NCBI RefSeq assembly: GCF_035084215.1
Contig: NC_090326.1
Location: forward strand, 868,001 to 932,000
Source of the DNA: Heptranchias perlo
Taxonomy: Eukaryota
Direction of reading: 5' to 3'
DNA: 64,000 bases
The notes beneath the pieces were generated by a model. It was not told where the DNA came from. It saw only the letters and a list, made by a program, of their open reading frames with translations, and did no database searches. The translations under genes were made by a program, and so were the position numbers. This document shows, piece by piece, positions 1-13,343 of the stretch. Position 1 is the first letter of the stretch. The number at the start of each line of letters is the position of its first letter.

Positions 1-225
1 TTCTCCGTGCCCGGGTGGCCCTGGAAATGGAGCACGCGGTGTCTACCAGAACGCTTGAGGCTTTCCGCGACCGGTGGGCACCGCAGGGGCTGGAGTGCAT
101 CCTGGACAAGGATAATAAAATTATAATTTGACACTTGGTTTTGGTTTTCTTTGGTTGCAAATAAACACACCCTAACCCCCCTTCTTATAAAAGGGGGGCC
201 TAAAAACACAAAAAAGAGGAAAAAA
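1..225 (+). mobile_element. 3' end of an L1/Tx1-clade LINE (ORF2 C-terminus plus 3' UTR)
   Basis: Frame 3..131 reads LRARVALEMEHAVSTRTLEAFRDRWAPQGLECILDKDNKIII*, resembling Tx1-like ORF2 C-termini. It is followed by AATAAA (~160), a CCCCCCTT/AAGGGGGG hairpin (~176-198) and an A-rich tail. Confidence 0.6.
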
Positions 226-299
226 TGGGAATGGAGACCAATTGTAAGTACATTTTGTTAGACCAAACATTAGTTGGAATGCTGTGTTAAATTCTTGTT

Positions 300-482
300 A
301 TTGGTTTAGGGTGTATAGTCAATACCGAAGAAGACTGCGACAAAATAAGCTTGCAGAACGGCCGTGTAAATGTCCATTGAATTTTAATATAGAAAGGTGT
401 GAGCTGTTGCATTTTGGTAGGGGAGTAAGGAGACCACATTCTGCTTGGGAAATAAGAGTCTAAATGGGGTACAGGAGCAATA
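300..482 (+). mobile_element. Highly decayed CR1 LINE RT fragment
   Basis: Sequence resembles the CR1 'FN.EKCEVLHFGR...LNGVQEQ' segment seen in other CR1 copies here. Confidence 0.45.
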
Positions 483-754
483 TAAATCGTGTCCTGAAAA
501 ATCAGAGAGAAATACTGCGCAATGTTCAGTGAAATATAATGGGCCGAATTAACAACTATCGAATGAGTAAAACAAACACTTTATTATGACTCAATTGTCT
601 TAATTTTTCACTATCAAAATGTGCAAAAATGCGAGATTTCCAGTTACAGACAGAAACGTTCCTCACATTGCACATTGTCCTGTTTCTGTAACCACGACAG
701 ATACTCAGAATTTGTTCCGCTCTTTTACAGTTCTCGCTTACATCCATTAGAGGT

Positions 755-3450
755 CAGTCTCTGGTACCGTATATGAGAGTGTGGTTCATTCTGTATCTTG
801 TCTGTCTCAGGTACTGTGTGAGTGTGGGATTCATTCTGAATCTGACATTCTCTGCTACTTTATCTCAGTGTGGGATTCATTCCGTTATTCAGTCTCTGAG
901 ACAATATGCAAGTCTGTATTGATTCTGCATTTTTATTTCAGTTTACAGTATTGTATTTGAAACTGTATCTTTAATATTTAATGTATATACAGTTTTTCTT
1001 CGAGTAATTAATTTGTAAATATTGACACACTTTTCGATTTTCTTTAATTAAACAGCGTGGGTGAGTTTTGGAGTAGTATTACATCTTAATCTCCGAACTC
1101 TATTGTGATAGAATGATAATGTACCTTTCATTCTGTTCATGGTGAAATTATTTGACTGTTATGTAATGTGTAGCTCAATCTGCAATAATGGAATTAATTC
1201 TGTATATCAGACTGATATTGTATGAGATTTTTGGACTGGTATATAATATGCAGCTCCGCCTGCACTAATGGAATTGATACTCTATCAGTCTGATACTGTA
1301 TGAATTTTTGGACTGGAATGTGATGTGTAGCTTAGTCTGCAATAAAAAAAATGATACTGAATCTTTCAACCTGATACACTATGAGATTTTTGGACTAGTG
1401 TATAACATGTAGTTCAGTCTGTGCTAATGGAATTGATATTGTATCTTTACATCTGATATGGTATGAGATTGTTGGACTGCTATGTAATGTGTGACTCCAT
1501 CTGCACTAACGAAATTGATACTGTATCTTTCAATCTAATATTGTATGAGATTTTTGGACTGTATGTAATGTGTATCTCAGTCTGTGCTAATAGAATTGAT
1601 ACTGTGTCTTCCAGTCTGATCATTTATGAGGTTTTTGGACTAGTATATAATGTGTAGCTCAGTCTGTACCAAAGGAATTGATACTATATATTTCAGTGTA
1701 ATACTGTATAAATATTTAGGAGTGTATATATGTAGCTCAGTCTGCATGAATGGAATTGATACTGCATCTTTCAATCTGACTCTATGAGACTTTTGGACTG
1801 ATATGTAATGTGTAACTCAGTCTGCAGTGACATGACTGTGAGATTCATTCTGTATCTGTCAGTTTCTGGTACTGTATGTGAGGGTAGGAGTTATTCTGTA
1901 TCTGTCAGTCTCTGGTGCTGCATGTGAGTGTGAGATTCACTTTGTATCTGTCAGTCTTTGGTACTGTGTGTGAGTGTGAGATTCACTTTGTATCTGTCAG
2001 TCTCTGGTACTGTGTGTGAGTGTGGGATTCATTCTGTATCTGTCAGTCTCTGGTACTGTGTGTGAGAGTGAGATTCATTCTGTGTCTGTCAGTCTCTGGT
2101 ACTGTCTGTGAGTGTGAGATTCATTTTGTATCTGTCACTCTCTGGTACTGTGTGTCAATTTTGTATTCATTCTGTATCTGTCGATCTGGAACTGTGTGTG
2201 TGTTTGAGATTCATTATATATCTGTCAGTCTCTGGTACTATGTGTGATTGTGGGATTCATTCTGTGTCTTGTCAGTAGTGTGTCTGAGTTTGCAATTCAT
2301 TCTTTATATGCAGTCTCTGATACTGTGTGAGTGGGGGGTTTATTCTGTGTCTGTCAGTCTCTAGCACTGTGTATGGGTGTTGAATTAATTCTATATATGC
2401 AGTTTCTCATAGTCTATGTTAATGTGGGATTCATTCAATATCTCTCAGTCTCTGGTACTCTGTGAGTGTGGTATTCATACTTTACCTGTCCTCTCTGGAA
2501 CTTAATGAGAGTGTGGGATTAACTCAGTATCCGTCAGTCCTTCGTACTGTATGTCAGTGTGGGATTCATTCTTTATTTGCCATCTCTGGTACCAGACGTG
2601 AGTGCGTGATTCACTCTGTGTCTGTCAATCTCTAGCACTGTATGTGAGCTTGGGATTCCTTCGACATCTGTCACTGTCTGGTACGTATGTGAGTGTGGGA
2701 TTCATTCAGTGTCTGTGTGTCCCCGGTACTGTATCTGAGTGAGATTCATTCTGTATCTGCATGTAATTATTCCCTCAGATTACATTATGGCCTTCAATAC
2801 TGTAGTTTTAATATCTTAACGTTTATGTAGTTTTTCTCAATGTTAATTGGTAAATATTGATACACTTCAGGATTTGATTCTGTAGGTTTTAATCAGCTAC
2901 TATTAAATCTGTATCTCTGTGAGTACTATTGTGAATGACAATATATCTATCAAACTGATATGGTGACATTTTTGACTAGGTATATAATGTGTAGCTCAGT
3001 CTGTACTAATGGAATTGGTACTGTATCTTTCAATCTAATACTGTATGAGACTTTTTTCTGGTGTGTAATGTGTTCCTCAGTCTGCAATAATAGAATTGAT
3101 ATTGTATCTTTAAATCTCATACTATGAGTGTGTTCTGAACTGGTATCTAATTTGTTTCACAGGTTTACTCTCTATCAGCATTTCTCAATCTGAGACTGTA
3201 CGTGAGTTTTGGACGTGTATGCAATTTGTATCTCATGGTACACTATTCAGATGGATACTGCATGTATTAAATTCACATGTGTGTGAGTTCTGGACTAGTA
3301 TTCAATTGGAATCTCGGGGTATATTATTGGAATTCATTCTGTACCTTTCAATCGAGTACCATGTGTGATTTCTATCTGGTATTTAATTGGTAGCTAAAGT
3401 TGCCCTATTATGAGATTGACACAGTGTATTTCAATCTGATAGTGTGATTT
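755..3450. repeat. Compound satellite: 46-bp units (GTGTGAGTGTGGGATTCATTCTGTATCTGTCAGTCTCTGGTACTGT) plus related ~82-bp units
   Basis: ATTCA recurs at 1935, 1981 and 2027 (46-bp period). GAGATTnTTGGACT recurs at 1383 and 1465 (82-bp period). Confidence 0.85.
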
Positions 3451-4464
3451 TGGACTGGGATTTTTGTATCTACCTGTCAGCGGTACTGAGTTCGGGTGAA
3501 ATGGAAACAGTGTCTGCCTCACCTGCTCTGTTTGACTGTTGGATTGAAAATGTGTCTCCGGAACTTGGGATCAGTGTGGGATTGAATACATCTGCAGTCT
3601 GAGACTGTGGAACTGATGACCTGTCTGTGTCTCTGTGCTCTGTGTGTGTGATAATGTACCTACTGTGTGTGAGAAGGGGCTGGCTGCACTGTTCCTTGTG
3701 CTTCAGGTGGAGGAAACCTCACAACTATTCTTGGTCTTTCAAGTATTTGCCTGTCGGAAGAAAAAGTATCTCTTGTACCTCAAGAAAAGATGAGGTAGAA
3801 AATACAAAAGTGTTCATTTTAATATCTCTGTTAATGATAATTTTGAATATCCACATATGAAAACCAGTGATACAAACAGTGTCAGTGTCTGACTTCACTG
3901 CAGTACTGCAGCACTTAGCTTCTGTATACCAGGTGTGTTGGGCTGTTTTACAACAATTTAGTGACATCCAGACTCAACCCAATCCCTGCACTGATCCATA
4001 AATGGGACTACCCGCTAGGACAGGGACCTTTGTACAGGTCAGGCTTCTAATCCCCTCTCCCATGGGACTAACTGTTCAACCAAACCAAACAGCCACTGTT
4101 TAAAATGTGTCCTTCACATTTCTCACCTGATGCCTGCAATCGATGCTCTTTGTATAACTCCCCACATCCTTACTGTCCGGCTCGGTTTCCACTCTTCACT
4201 GTCCAATAACAACAAACAGGGTCAGACTGGAACTAAACCAAGAAAATTTATTCCTAGTTTGGGGAGAGAAAGCAGCAATGATTTTCAATAGCAGGTTCTT
4301 CCCATTCTGTCTCCCTTACCCTGAACACACCCTGTACACACCCTGTACACACACAGCCCGAGAATGGTCTCTTCCTTCCCCCGCTCACTCCATGTTCCGG
4401 GAACAGTTCCTGATCTACTCCGCCTCTTGCAAACAGCCCGTGGACGTCCCCTGAACTAGAATAA

Positions 4465-6740
4465 TAGAATCGTAGAAAGGTTACAGCATGGAAGGAGGCT
4501 ATTTGGCCCATCGAGTCTGCACTGGCTCTATGCAAGAGCAATCCAGTTAGTCCCACTCCGCCGCCCTATCCCAATAGCCCTCCATTTCTTTTCCTTTCAA
4601 ATAATTATCCAGTTCCCTTTTGAAGGCCATGATTGAATCTGCCTCCACCACTCCCTCGGGCAGTGCATTCCAGATCCAAACCACTGACCACGTAAAAAAG
4701 TTTTTGCTCATGTCACCTTTAGTTCTATTGCCAATCACCTTAAATCTGTGTCCTCTGTTCTTGACCCTTCTGCCAGTGGGAACAGTTTATCTCTTTCTAC
4801 TTTGTCTGGACCCTTCATGATTTTGAATACCTCTATCAAATTTCCTCTCACCCTTCTCTGTTCCAAGGAGAGCATCCCCAGCTTCTGCAGTTTATCCACA
4901 TAACTAAAGCCCCTCATCCCTGGGATCATTCTAGTAAATCTCTTCTGCATCCTCTCTAAGGCCTTCATATCTTTCCTAAAGTGCGCTGCCCAGAACTGGG
5001 AACAATACTCCAGTTGTGGCCGAACCAGTTTATCGTGACTTCGATACTTTTGTACTCTATGCCTCTATTTATAAAGCCCAGGATCACATATGCTATTTTA
5101 ACCACTTTCTCAACCTGCCCTGTCACCTTCAATGATTTGTGTACATATAACCCCAGATCTCCCTGTTCCTCTACCCTTTTTAGGTGTGTCCTCTAGTTTA
5201 TATTGCCTCTCCTCATTCTTCCTATCAAAATGTTTCTTTTTGCATTTTTCTGCGTTAAATTGCATCTGCCACGTGTCTGCCCATTCCACCAGCCTGTCTA
5301 TATCCTCTTGAAGTCTATCACTATCCTCCTCACTGTTCATTACCCTTCCAAATTTCGTATCATCTGCAAATTTTGAAATTGTGTCCTGTACACCCAAGTA
5401 CAAGTCATTAATATATATCAAGAAAAGCAGTGGTCCCAGCACCGACCCTTGGGGAACACCACTGTACACCTCCCTCCAGTCTGAAAAGCAACTGTTCACC
5501 ACTACTCTTTGTTTCCTGTCACTTAGCCAATTCTGTACCCCCTTTATTCCAAGGGCCACAATCTTAATGATAAGCCTACCATGCAGCATTTTATCAATCA
5601 TCTTTTGGAAGTTCATATACACCAGATTAACTGCATTGCCATCATCTATCCTCTCTGTAACCTCACCAAAAAATGCTATCAGTTTAGTTGAACACGATTT
5701 GCCTTTAACAAATCCGTGCTGGCATTCCGCAATCAATCCACACTCCTCCAAGTGACTGTTAATTCTGTCCCCGATTATCGTTTCTAAAAGTTTCCCCACC
5801 ACTGAAGTTAAAATGTGTGGCCTTTAGTTGCTGGGTTTATCCTTACATCCTTTTTTGAACAGGAGTGTAAAATTTACAATTCAACAGCCGTTTGGCACCA
5901 CCCTCGTATCTACGGATGTTTGGAAGATTATGGCCAGTACCTCCACAATTTCCACCCTTACATCCCTCAGCAACCTAGGATGCATCCCATCCAGACCGGG
6001 CGATTTATCTACTTTAAGTACAGCTAGCCTTTCTAGTACCTCTTCTTTATCAATTTTTAGCCCATCCAGTACCTCAACTATATCTTCCTTTACTGACACT
6101 CTGGCAGCATATTCTTCCTTGGTAAAGACAAATGCAAAGTCCTCATTTAGTACCTCAGTCATCCCCTCTGTCTCCCTGAGTAGATCTCCTTTTTTGTACC
6201 TAAGTAGACCCACCCTTCCTCTTACGACCCGTTTACTGTTTGCATGTCTGTAGAAGACTTTTGGATTCCCTTATACGTTGGGCCCCAGTCTATTCTCATA
6301 CTCTCTCTTTACCCCTGTTATTTCCTTTTTCACTTCCCCTCTGAACTTTCTATATTCTGCCTGGTTCTCACTTGTGTTATGAACCTGACATCTGTCATAT
6401 GCCCCTTTTCTTCAGTTTCATGTTACTATCTCTTTTGTCATCCAGGGAGCTCTGGCTTTAGTTGCCCTACCGTTCTGCCTCATGGGAATGTGCCGAGACT
6501 ATAGCAGAACCATCTTCTCTTTAAAGCTTGCTCACTGTTAAATTACAATTTTGCCTGTCAACCTTTGATTCCAATTTACCCGGGGCAGATCTGTTCTCAT
6601 CACATTGAAATTGCCCCTTCTCCAATTGAGTATTTTCACTTTAGAGTGGTCTGTGTCCTTTTCCATTGCTATTCTAAACCTTACAATACTATGATCGCTG
6701 CTCCCTAAATGCACCCCCGCTGATAATCGTTCCATTTGGC
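4465..6740 (-). mobile_element. 5'-truncated CR1 LINE (RT, degenerate)
   Basis: ORFs 5110..5802 (QHGFVKGKSC, GVPQGSVLGPLLF, KFADDTK) and 5881..6213. Probable TSD CTAGAATAA (4456-4464) / CTGGAATAA (6741-6749). Absent from the paralogous site near 31225. Confidence 0.9.
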
Positions 6741-6939
6741 CTGGAATAACTTACCCCGAAATCAATGCCGATCTCTGCGTCCAGCTACAAACAAGGTCCC
6801 CAAGCGACGAGCTGCTGTAACGCGGCTGCTGTTTGCTCCCTTACCCCGGGGGCCGTGATCTCTCCATTCCCGACTGTTTGAAAACATCTTCTTCCGCTCA
6901 CTGAGGGAATGACGTCCACAGGCAGAGCTGGGGGAGGGG

Positions 6940-6997
6940 GAGCGCGCATGCGCACTAACAATCAGCGCTGTGGGCGGGGCTAATTCACGCACGCGCA
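6940..6997 (-). promoter_or_regulatory. Putative NRF1/GC-box promoter (copy 1)
   Basis: GCGCATGCGC at 6944-6953, GGGCGGGG at ~6972 and a second NRF1-like site at ~6988, in CpG-rich context. Strand inferred from minus-strand splice-donor-like motifs. Confidence 0.5.
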
Positions 6998-7956
6998 GTT
7001 ATCTGGTTTAATTCAGAATACAGAAATCAATTGAAACTTTCCCCATATGGAATTTTTCAGATTCTGAGCAAAGGAACTGGGGCTGGGGGAAAGGTCAGAG
7101 GGAATGGGGTCCACAGGAAGAGCAGGAACAGGCACCAGAATGGAAAACAGATGGGATTCCACCAGTGCCGAACGCTGTAATCCAGACTGATTTTACAATC
7201 TCTAACTATTAAACTAGATGTTTCCATCCCTGCTGTTTCTCTCGGTATCTTTTAATGGTAAAGAGTCTTTCATGGATAAAATGGGCGTCTGTGAAATGAG
7301 CCAATGGGTTCTGTTCATTCCTGGCCCCTTTACTGATAAAGTAACGTGTGAGTCCGAAATTGGAGGGGGGATTTCTCAAACCAATCCTGGAGAAAGGTGG
7401 GAGGAAAGTGGAAGTCGGTGTATTTGCTGGGACAGCAACAGTCCCAGTTTATTTCAATCGGAGTGAAACTCTCGGTCACTGAGAGTAATGCCGAACGGCC
7501 CTGCGGTGCAAGATTGCAGAGGGTACAATGTGCAAGAGAGGGTTATATATGTGACTTTTTTCTCATTCCACGACACTGTCCCTGAGAGTGGGAATAATAA
7601 CGTGTGTGTCTGAACCAATATCAGTGAGAGATGAAAGTGCATCTTTTGTCACTCCAATGTGGAATAGCAATTGGAATGGAATATTTCCAAATTTTTCACT
7701 GGGTGAAAACAAGACATTACATGTCAGTTTCTCTCTCTCTCTCTTGTACTGTATTTGAAGGTGGGATACTGTGATTGGGCGTGATAAAAACACACTGATA
7801 GTAAGTGTAAGCCCGATACTGCGCATGTCTGTATCTCTCTCTGCTACTGTACACAAAGGTGTGATACTGTTACTGAGCTTAATATGGACACACTGATAGA
7901 AAGTGAAAGACTGATTCTGTGTCTGTGTGCTGTTGGTGAGACGGTCACTTTCCTTT

Positions 7957-8538
7957 ATAGGGCCTTGGTGAGACCACATCTGGAGTATTGTGTGCAGTTT
8001 TGGTCTCCTTATCTGAGGAAGGATGTCCTTGCCATGGAGGGAGTGCAACGAAAATTTACCAGACTGATTCCTGGGATGGCAGGACTGATGTATGAGGAGA
8101 GATTGGGTCGACTAGGTCTATATTCACTAGAGTTTAGAAGAATGAGAGGTGATCTCATCGAAACATATAAAATTCTAACAGGTCTAGACAGACTAGATGC
8201 AGGGAGGATGTTCCCCATGGCTGGGGAGTCCAGAACCAGGGGTCACAGTCTCAGGATACGGGGTATGTCATTTAGAACCGAGATGAGGAGAAATTTCTTC
8301 ACTCAGAGGGTGGTGAACCTGTGGAATTCTCTACCACAGAAGGCAGTGGAGGTCAATTCATTAGATATATTCAAGAAGGAGATAGATATATTTCTTAATG
8401 CTAAAGGGATCAAGGGATATGGGGAAAAAGTGGGAACAGGGTACTGAGTTAGACGATCAGCCATGATCATTTTAAATGGCGGAGTAGGCCCGAAGGGCCG
8501 AATGGCCTACTCTTGCTCCTATTTTCTATGTTTCTATG
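7957..8538 (+). mobile_element. CR1 LINE 3' end
   Basis: LYRALVRPHLEYCVQFWSP...FFTQRVVNLWNSLP in ORF 7884..8447, then the CR1 3' UTR ending in TTCTATGTTTCTATG. Confidence 0.9.
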
Positions 8539-9478
8539 GATGTTTCTTTCTAGTACGTATGAGCCGGACTGAGGGTGGATTTATCTGTCTCCAGTCCTGT
8601 ACTAAAAGGTGGAGAGGAACAGCCTGTTACTGCCTGACAGTATACAGGCTGTGAGTGTTGAATTTATTCAGTAACTAGCCATCTCTGGGTGTTGAGAATG
8701 GGATGGATCAGACACCAGTTACTATTATCTGTCAGTCAGTTTAGGAGGAGAGAGAAACAGAGAGACTGGAGGAGCCCAGAGCGGATAATTTGTACTTTCA
8801 TCTTAACCAAATATATTTCTGTGCGCGAACAATATAATAATTTAATACCAGATATGGATTATCACAGCCACAGCTGTGATTGGCTCCTGTCCCTGAATCT
8901 GAGAACCAGACACTGTGAGGAGCGCCGGCCTCAGAGTGTTTAACAGTTACTGAGCTGGGAAACTACAACTAACCCCCGAGAATCCGCAGCACAGGCCGAG
9001 CGGGGAGGAAAGCCTGTCCCGGGAATTGTCAATCTGGCGAACAGTTTGTCCCGTGAATGTGCAGATGTGAATATTGTGTAAGAGAGAGTGTGTTAAAGGG
9101 GCGGGCGGGTTAGATTAATGTCACTGTGTTTGTGTGTCCGGTCTCATCGCCGGATTTCCGAGTCCCCTTTGTGATTTTTTTTTAAAAATCCCCGCCAAAC
9201 GATCGCCCTGCTGTCCTGCCGAGTCTTGAATTGAATATTTAACGTAAAGTTTTCGTTCATTTCTAGATTTCAGCAGAAAAGCAGAGATCATGTCAGCGAT
9301 CGGGTGAGAGAGCGCGATCAGTGCAGCAATGAAACGGGTTTAAATCGAAACTGGTGCTTTAAATTCCAGTGAAAGTTTTTCGACAGCAAACATTCCGATG
9401 TTAGAGATAGGAAGGGGCTAGTCTGGGAATCTGGAGTACCTGATTTTAATTGGAATCGGGGAGTTTAAGAGGAGAGAG

Positions 9479-9551
9479 AAACACAGAGAGGCTGCAGGAG
9501 CCGAGAGCTGACAGCAGGTTGTCTCCGCCCCGTCCGCTCTGTGCCTTTAAG
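9479..9551 (+). promoter_or_regulatory. Histone H1 promoter (H1 box, GC box, TATA-like)
   Basis: AAACACA H1 box at 9479-9485, CCGCCC at 9525-9530, CTTTAAG at 9545-9551. Confidence 0.6.
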
Positions 9552-9629
9552 TTGCTCTGTGCCGCCGCCTCTTGTTTCATTTCTGACCCAGCTCAGACTG
9601 TCAGAGAGATTTTCTACAGAGTCCTGAAC

Positions 9630-10310
9630 ATGACGGATACCGCAGCCGCCGAAACGGCACCTCCTGCCACCGCCGCCGCTCAAACCAATGCTCCCAAGAA
9701 GAAGAAGACGGTTCCCCGACGCAAGACAGCCGGTCCCAGGTTGGGCGAACAGATCCTCAAGATTGTGGCGGATTGTAAAGATCGCAAGGGGATGTCGCTG
9801 GCCGCGATAAAGAAGGTTCTGGCCACCAACGGCCTGGATGTGGAGAAGCACCGGTGGCAGATCAAATTAAATATTAAAAGACAGCTGGAAAAGGGTTCCC
9901 TGGTCCAGATTAAGGGCACGGGTGCCTCGGGCTCCTTCAAAGTCGCTAAGAAGGAAGCCCAGACAAAAGTGGTAAAGATGGTGAAGAAACCAACAGCCAA
10001 GAAATCTCCCGTCAAGAAACCAGCGGCTAAGAAATCAGCCGCCAAGAAACCAGCAGCCAAAAAATCACCCGCCAAGAAATCAACCGCCAAGAAATCAGCG
10101 GCCAAAAAGCCAGCGGCCAAAAAATCACCAGCCAAGAAATCGACCACCAAGAATGCGGCGAAATCGATAGTTCTTAGGAAAAAAGCGGCGGCTAAAAAGG
10201 CCAAGACCCCCAACTCAGCCAAAGTCGTAAAAGCGAAGGTAGAAAAACCGAAGTCCAAGCCCAATTCGAAATCAGCAAAGCCTAAGAAAGCTGCGGCCAA
10301 AAAGAAGTGA
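9630..10310 (+). CDS. H1: Linker histone H1, replication-dependent, 226 aa, intact
   Basis: ATG at 9630 (MTDTAAAETAPP...). Globular domain GMSLAAIKK...LVQIKGTGASGSFK, then a K/A/P-rich tail with KSPAKK repeats. Intronless, with a 3' stem-loop. Confidence 0.93.
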   Translation: MTDTAAAETAPPATAAAQTNAPKKKKTVPRRKTAGPRLGEQILKIVADCKDRKGMSLAAIKKVLATNGLDVEKHRWQIKLNIKRQLEKGSLVQIKGTGASGSFKVAKKEAQTKVVKMVKKPTAKKSPVKKPAAKKSAAKKPAAKKSPAKKSTAKKSAAKKPAAKKSPAKKSTTKNAAKSIVLRKKAAAKKAKTPNSAKVVKAKVEKPKSKPNSKSAKPKKAAAKKK

Positions 10311-10346
10311 ACGATCAATTGCAACTTGTAAACACCTGAACCCAAC

Positions 10347-10387
10347 GGCTCTTCTCAGAGCCACCCACATCTCTCAGAAAAGAGCTG
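10347..10387 (+). terminator. H1 histone 3' stem-loop and U7 downstream element
   Basis: GGCTCTTCTCAGAGCC (10347-10362) followed by ACCCA, then AAAAGAGCTG (10378-10387). Confidence 0.92.
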
Positions 10388-11039
10388 ATCCCGCAATCAG
10401 ATGATTCCTGTCCCGGGGCCGAGCTAAAATTTCAGGTAGAAAGCATTTAAAATAAACCCAGGATACCCGGTGACTCGCTGACATTCGCCACCCGCACCTG
10501 AACCCCCACTGTCTGATATAAAATAGAGAGAATGGGATGTCAGGGCCGGGCCTTACTCTAACTGGGGTGTGTTCGGCTACAGTCCCTGTTCATTTTTTTT
10601 TCACTGTTTCAGGGCGAGAGTGTCTGTGAGACGGTAAAACTGGCGGAGATCCGCCGCCATCACAATTCAAACCCCAACACACGAGATTCTCCAAATCTGC
10701 TGGAATAAGGCGTTTGGGATATTAAAGAGAGGGGAGGAGACAGGCTGAGATATTAAACAGAGAGGGGGGGATGTGGGGAGATAGAATATGGTCTGGGAAT
10801 TAAATGAAAGGAGGCGGGTCCACTTATGCTAGAAGGGATTGTATTTACTTAATGTTAAATGTAACGGGGCTTATTTAAAACTCCGGGTCACGAGAAATCA
10901 TTGAATATGAAACCCGAGTCTGCAAGGGTTTGTGCGGAGTGCTGTGTTTCGCTTCTATTATCGATAACCAGTTTGAAATTGGCGAGTGGAGAGAACTGGA
11001 GTTGGAGCTGGAAGATCAGAGGCCGCTCTCCGCTCAGTA

Positions 11040-12345
11040 TGTCAATCTGGCGGTCTCCTCCCCTCTCTGATCAAAATCTCAATCTGTCCCCTCCCCTCCC
11101 TGTTTAATATCTCAGGCTCTCTCCTCCCCTCTCTGTTTAATATCTCACTCTCGCTCCTCCCCTCTCTGTTTAATATCTCACGCTCTCTCCTCCCCTCTCT
11201 GTTTAATATCTCACTCTCTCTCCTCCCCTCTCTGTTTAATATCTCACTCTCTCTCTTCCCCTCTCTGTTTAATATCTCACTCTCTCTCCTCCCCTCTCTG
11301 TTCAATATCTCACTCTCTCTCTTCCCCTCTCTGTTTAATATCTCACTCTCTCTCCTCCCCTTTCTGTTTAATATCTCATTCTCTCTCCTCCCCTCTCTGA
11401 TCAAAATCTCAATCTGTCTCCTTCCCTCTCTGTTTAATATCTCACTCTGTCCCCTCCCCTCTCTGTTTAATATCTCACTCTCTCTCCTCCCCTCTCTGTT
11501 TAATATCTCACTCTGTCCCCTCCCCTCTCTGACCAAAATCTCAATCTGTCTCCTCCCCTCTCCGTTTAATATCTCACTCTGTCTCCTCCCCTCTCTGTTT
11601 AATATCTCACTCTGTCCCCTCCCTTCTCTGTTTAATATCTCACTCTCTCTCCTCCCCTCTCTGTTTAATATCTCACTCTTTCCCCTCCCCTCTCTGTTTA
11701 ATATCTCACTCTGTCCCCTCACCTCTCTGTTTAATATATCACTCTCTCTCCTCCCCTCTCTGTTTAATATCTCACTCTCTCTCCTCCCCTATCTGTTTAA
11801 TATCTCACTCTGTCCCCTCCCCTCTCTGATCAAAATCTCAATCAGTCCCCTCCCCACTCTGTTTAATATCTCACTCTGTCCCCCCCTCTCTGTTTAATAT
11901 CTCACTCTGTCCCCTCCCCTCTCTGTTTAATATCTCACTCTGTCCCCTCCCCTCTCTGTTTAATATCTCACTCTCCCTCCTCCCCTCTCTGTTTAATATC
12001 TCACTCTGTCCCCTCCCCTCTCTGTTTAATATCTGATTCTGTCTCCTCCCCTCTCTGTTTAATATCTCACTCTGTCCCCTCCCTTCTCTGTTTAATATCT
12101 CACTCTCTCTCCCCCTCTGTTTAATATCTCACTCTCTCTCCTCCCCCTCTGTTTAATATCTCACTCTGTTTCCTCCCCTTTCTGTTTAATGTGTCACTCT
12201 GTCTCCTCCCCTCTCTGTTTAATATGTCACCCTGTCTTCTCCCCTTTCGGTTTAATATCTCACTCTTTCTCCTTCCCTCTCTATTTAATATCTCACTCTC
12301 TCTCCTTCCCTCTCTATTTAAAATGTCGCTCTGTTTCGTCCACTC
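11040..12345. repeat. 33-bp pyrimidine-rich minisatellite (CTCACTCTCTCTCCTCCCCTCTCTGTTTAATAT)n, about 39 copies
   Basis: Direct tandem repeat, giving 11-aa periodic spurious ORFs on both strands. Confidence 0.95.
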
Positions 12346-12451
12346 CCTCTCTCACCCTGTGCCTTTCGCAGTCTGGTCGGGTGGGCTACCTAAAAATGGA
12401 ACCAGAACGAGTTTGTTTCTCATTCAGCATCGATTTGAGTGATAAGTTAAC

Positions 12452-12763
<312 letters not shown>

Positions 12764-13170
12764 ACAACTCGACCCTTTCTGACCAAACACAAAACAAAAA
12801 CGAAGAGTCACCCACCGCCTCACCGAAAGAGCAGTGACCTGGAAACGGGAAGATATTGGTGCGGGTATTAGTTTCGGCTGTTACGTTAATGTGGGGAGAT
12901 TCCATCAAAACTCGTCAGAGATCAGAAACAGCGGTCGGGGTAAAATTCCCGCCTGTTTACAGACCGATCAGAGAATGATCTGGAATTTGAGATGTCGTAT
13001 ACCGAATAATTGAGATAATACGGAGAGATTTTTAAATTGCTGGCGGGAAATTAGATTTTTTTGAAATTTGATGCTCTGAAATTGACGGGCTTTTTGGAAT
13101 TGATGTTTAGTTTCAGCTCGGCCAATGTGGGCCCAATACTTCCCGCCCGTCAGAGTTCGGTTCAAAGTTG

Positions 13171-13343
13171 TGACGTGGAGATGCCGGTGATGGACTGGGG
13201 TTGACAAATGTCAGGAATCTTACAACACCAGGTTATAGTCCAACAGTTTTATTTGAAAATCACAAGCTTTCGGAGGCTTTCTCCTTCGTCAGGTGAGTGT
13301 CGCTCACCTGACGAAGGAGAAAGCTCCGAAAGCTTCCTTCCAA
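13171..13343 (-). mobile_element. Penelope-like element terminal fragment with fold-back end
   Basis: Same terminus as the GIY-YIG elements at 21241 and 58937. Flanked by a 13-bp TSD CGGTTCAAAGTTG (13158-13170 and 13344-13356). Confidence 0.85.
13260..13296 (-). ncRNA. Minimal type I hammerhead ribozyme motif (PLE)
   Basis: Minus strand reads TCAC-CTGACGA-AGGAGAAAGCCTCC-GAAA-GC-TT-GTGA. A partial inverted copy lies on the plus strand at 13304-13335. Confidence 0.7.

Noticed and set aside
9450-9629. N-terminal extensions of H1 (from 9450) and H2B (from 21042)
   Set aside because: They start at non-ATG codons and run through promoter elements. The canonical ATGs are at 9630 and 20964.
9680-10345. 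Antisense ORFs over histone genes (also 12386..12823, 15494..15961, 20554..20994)
   Set aside because: These are shadow frames of biased histone codon usage.
10986-11897. 303-aa Leu/Ser-rich and 226-aa Arg/Glu-rich repetitive ORFs
   Set aside because: They are by-products of a 33-bp unit (a multiple of 3) lacking stops. There are no gene signals and copy 2 lacks the array.
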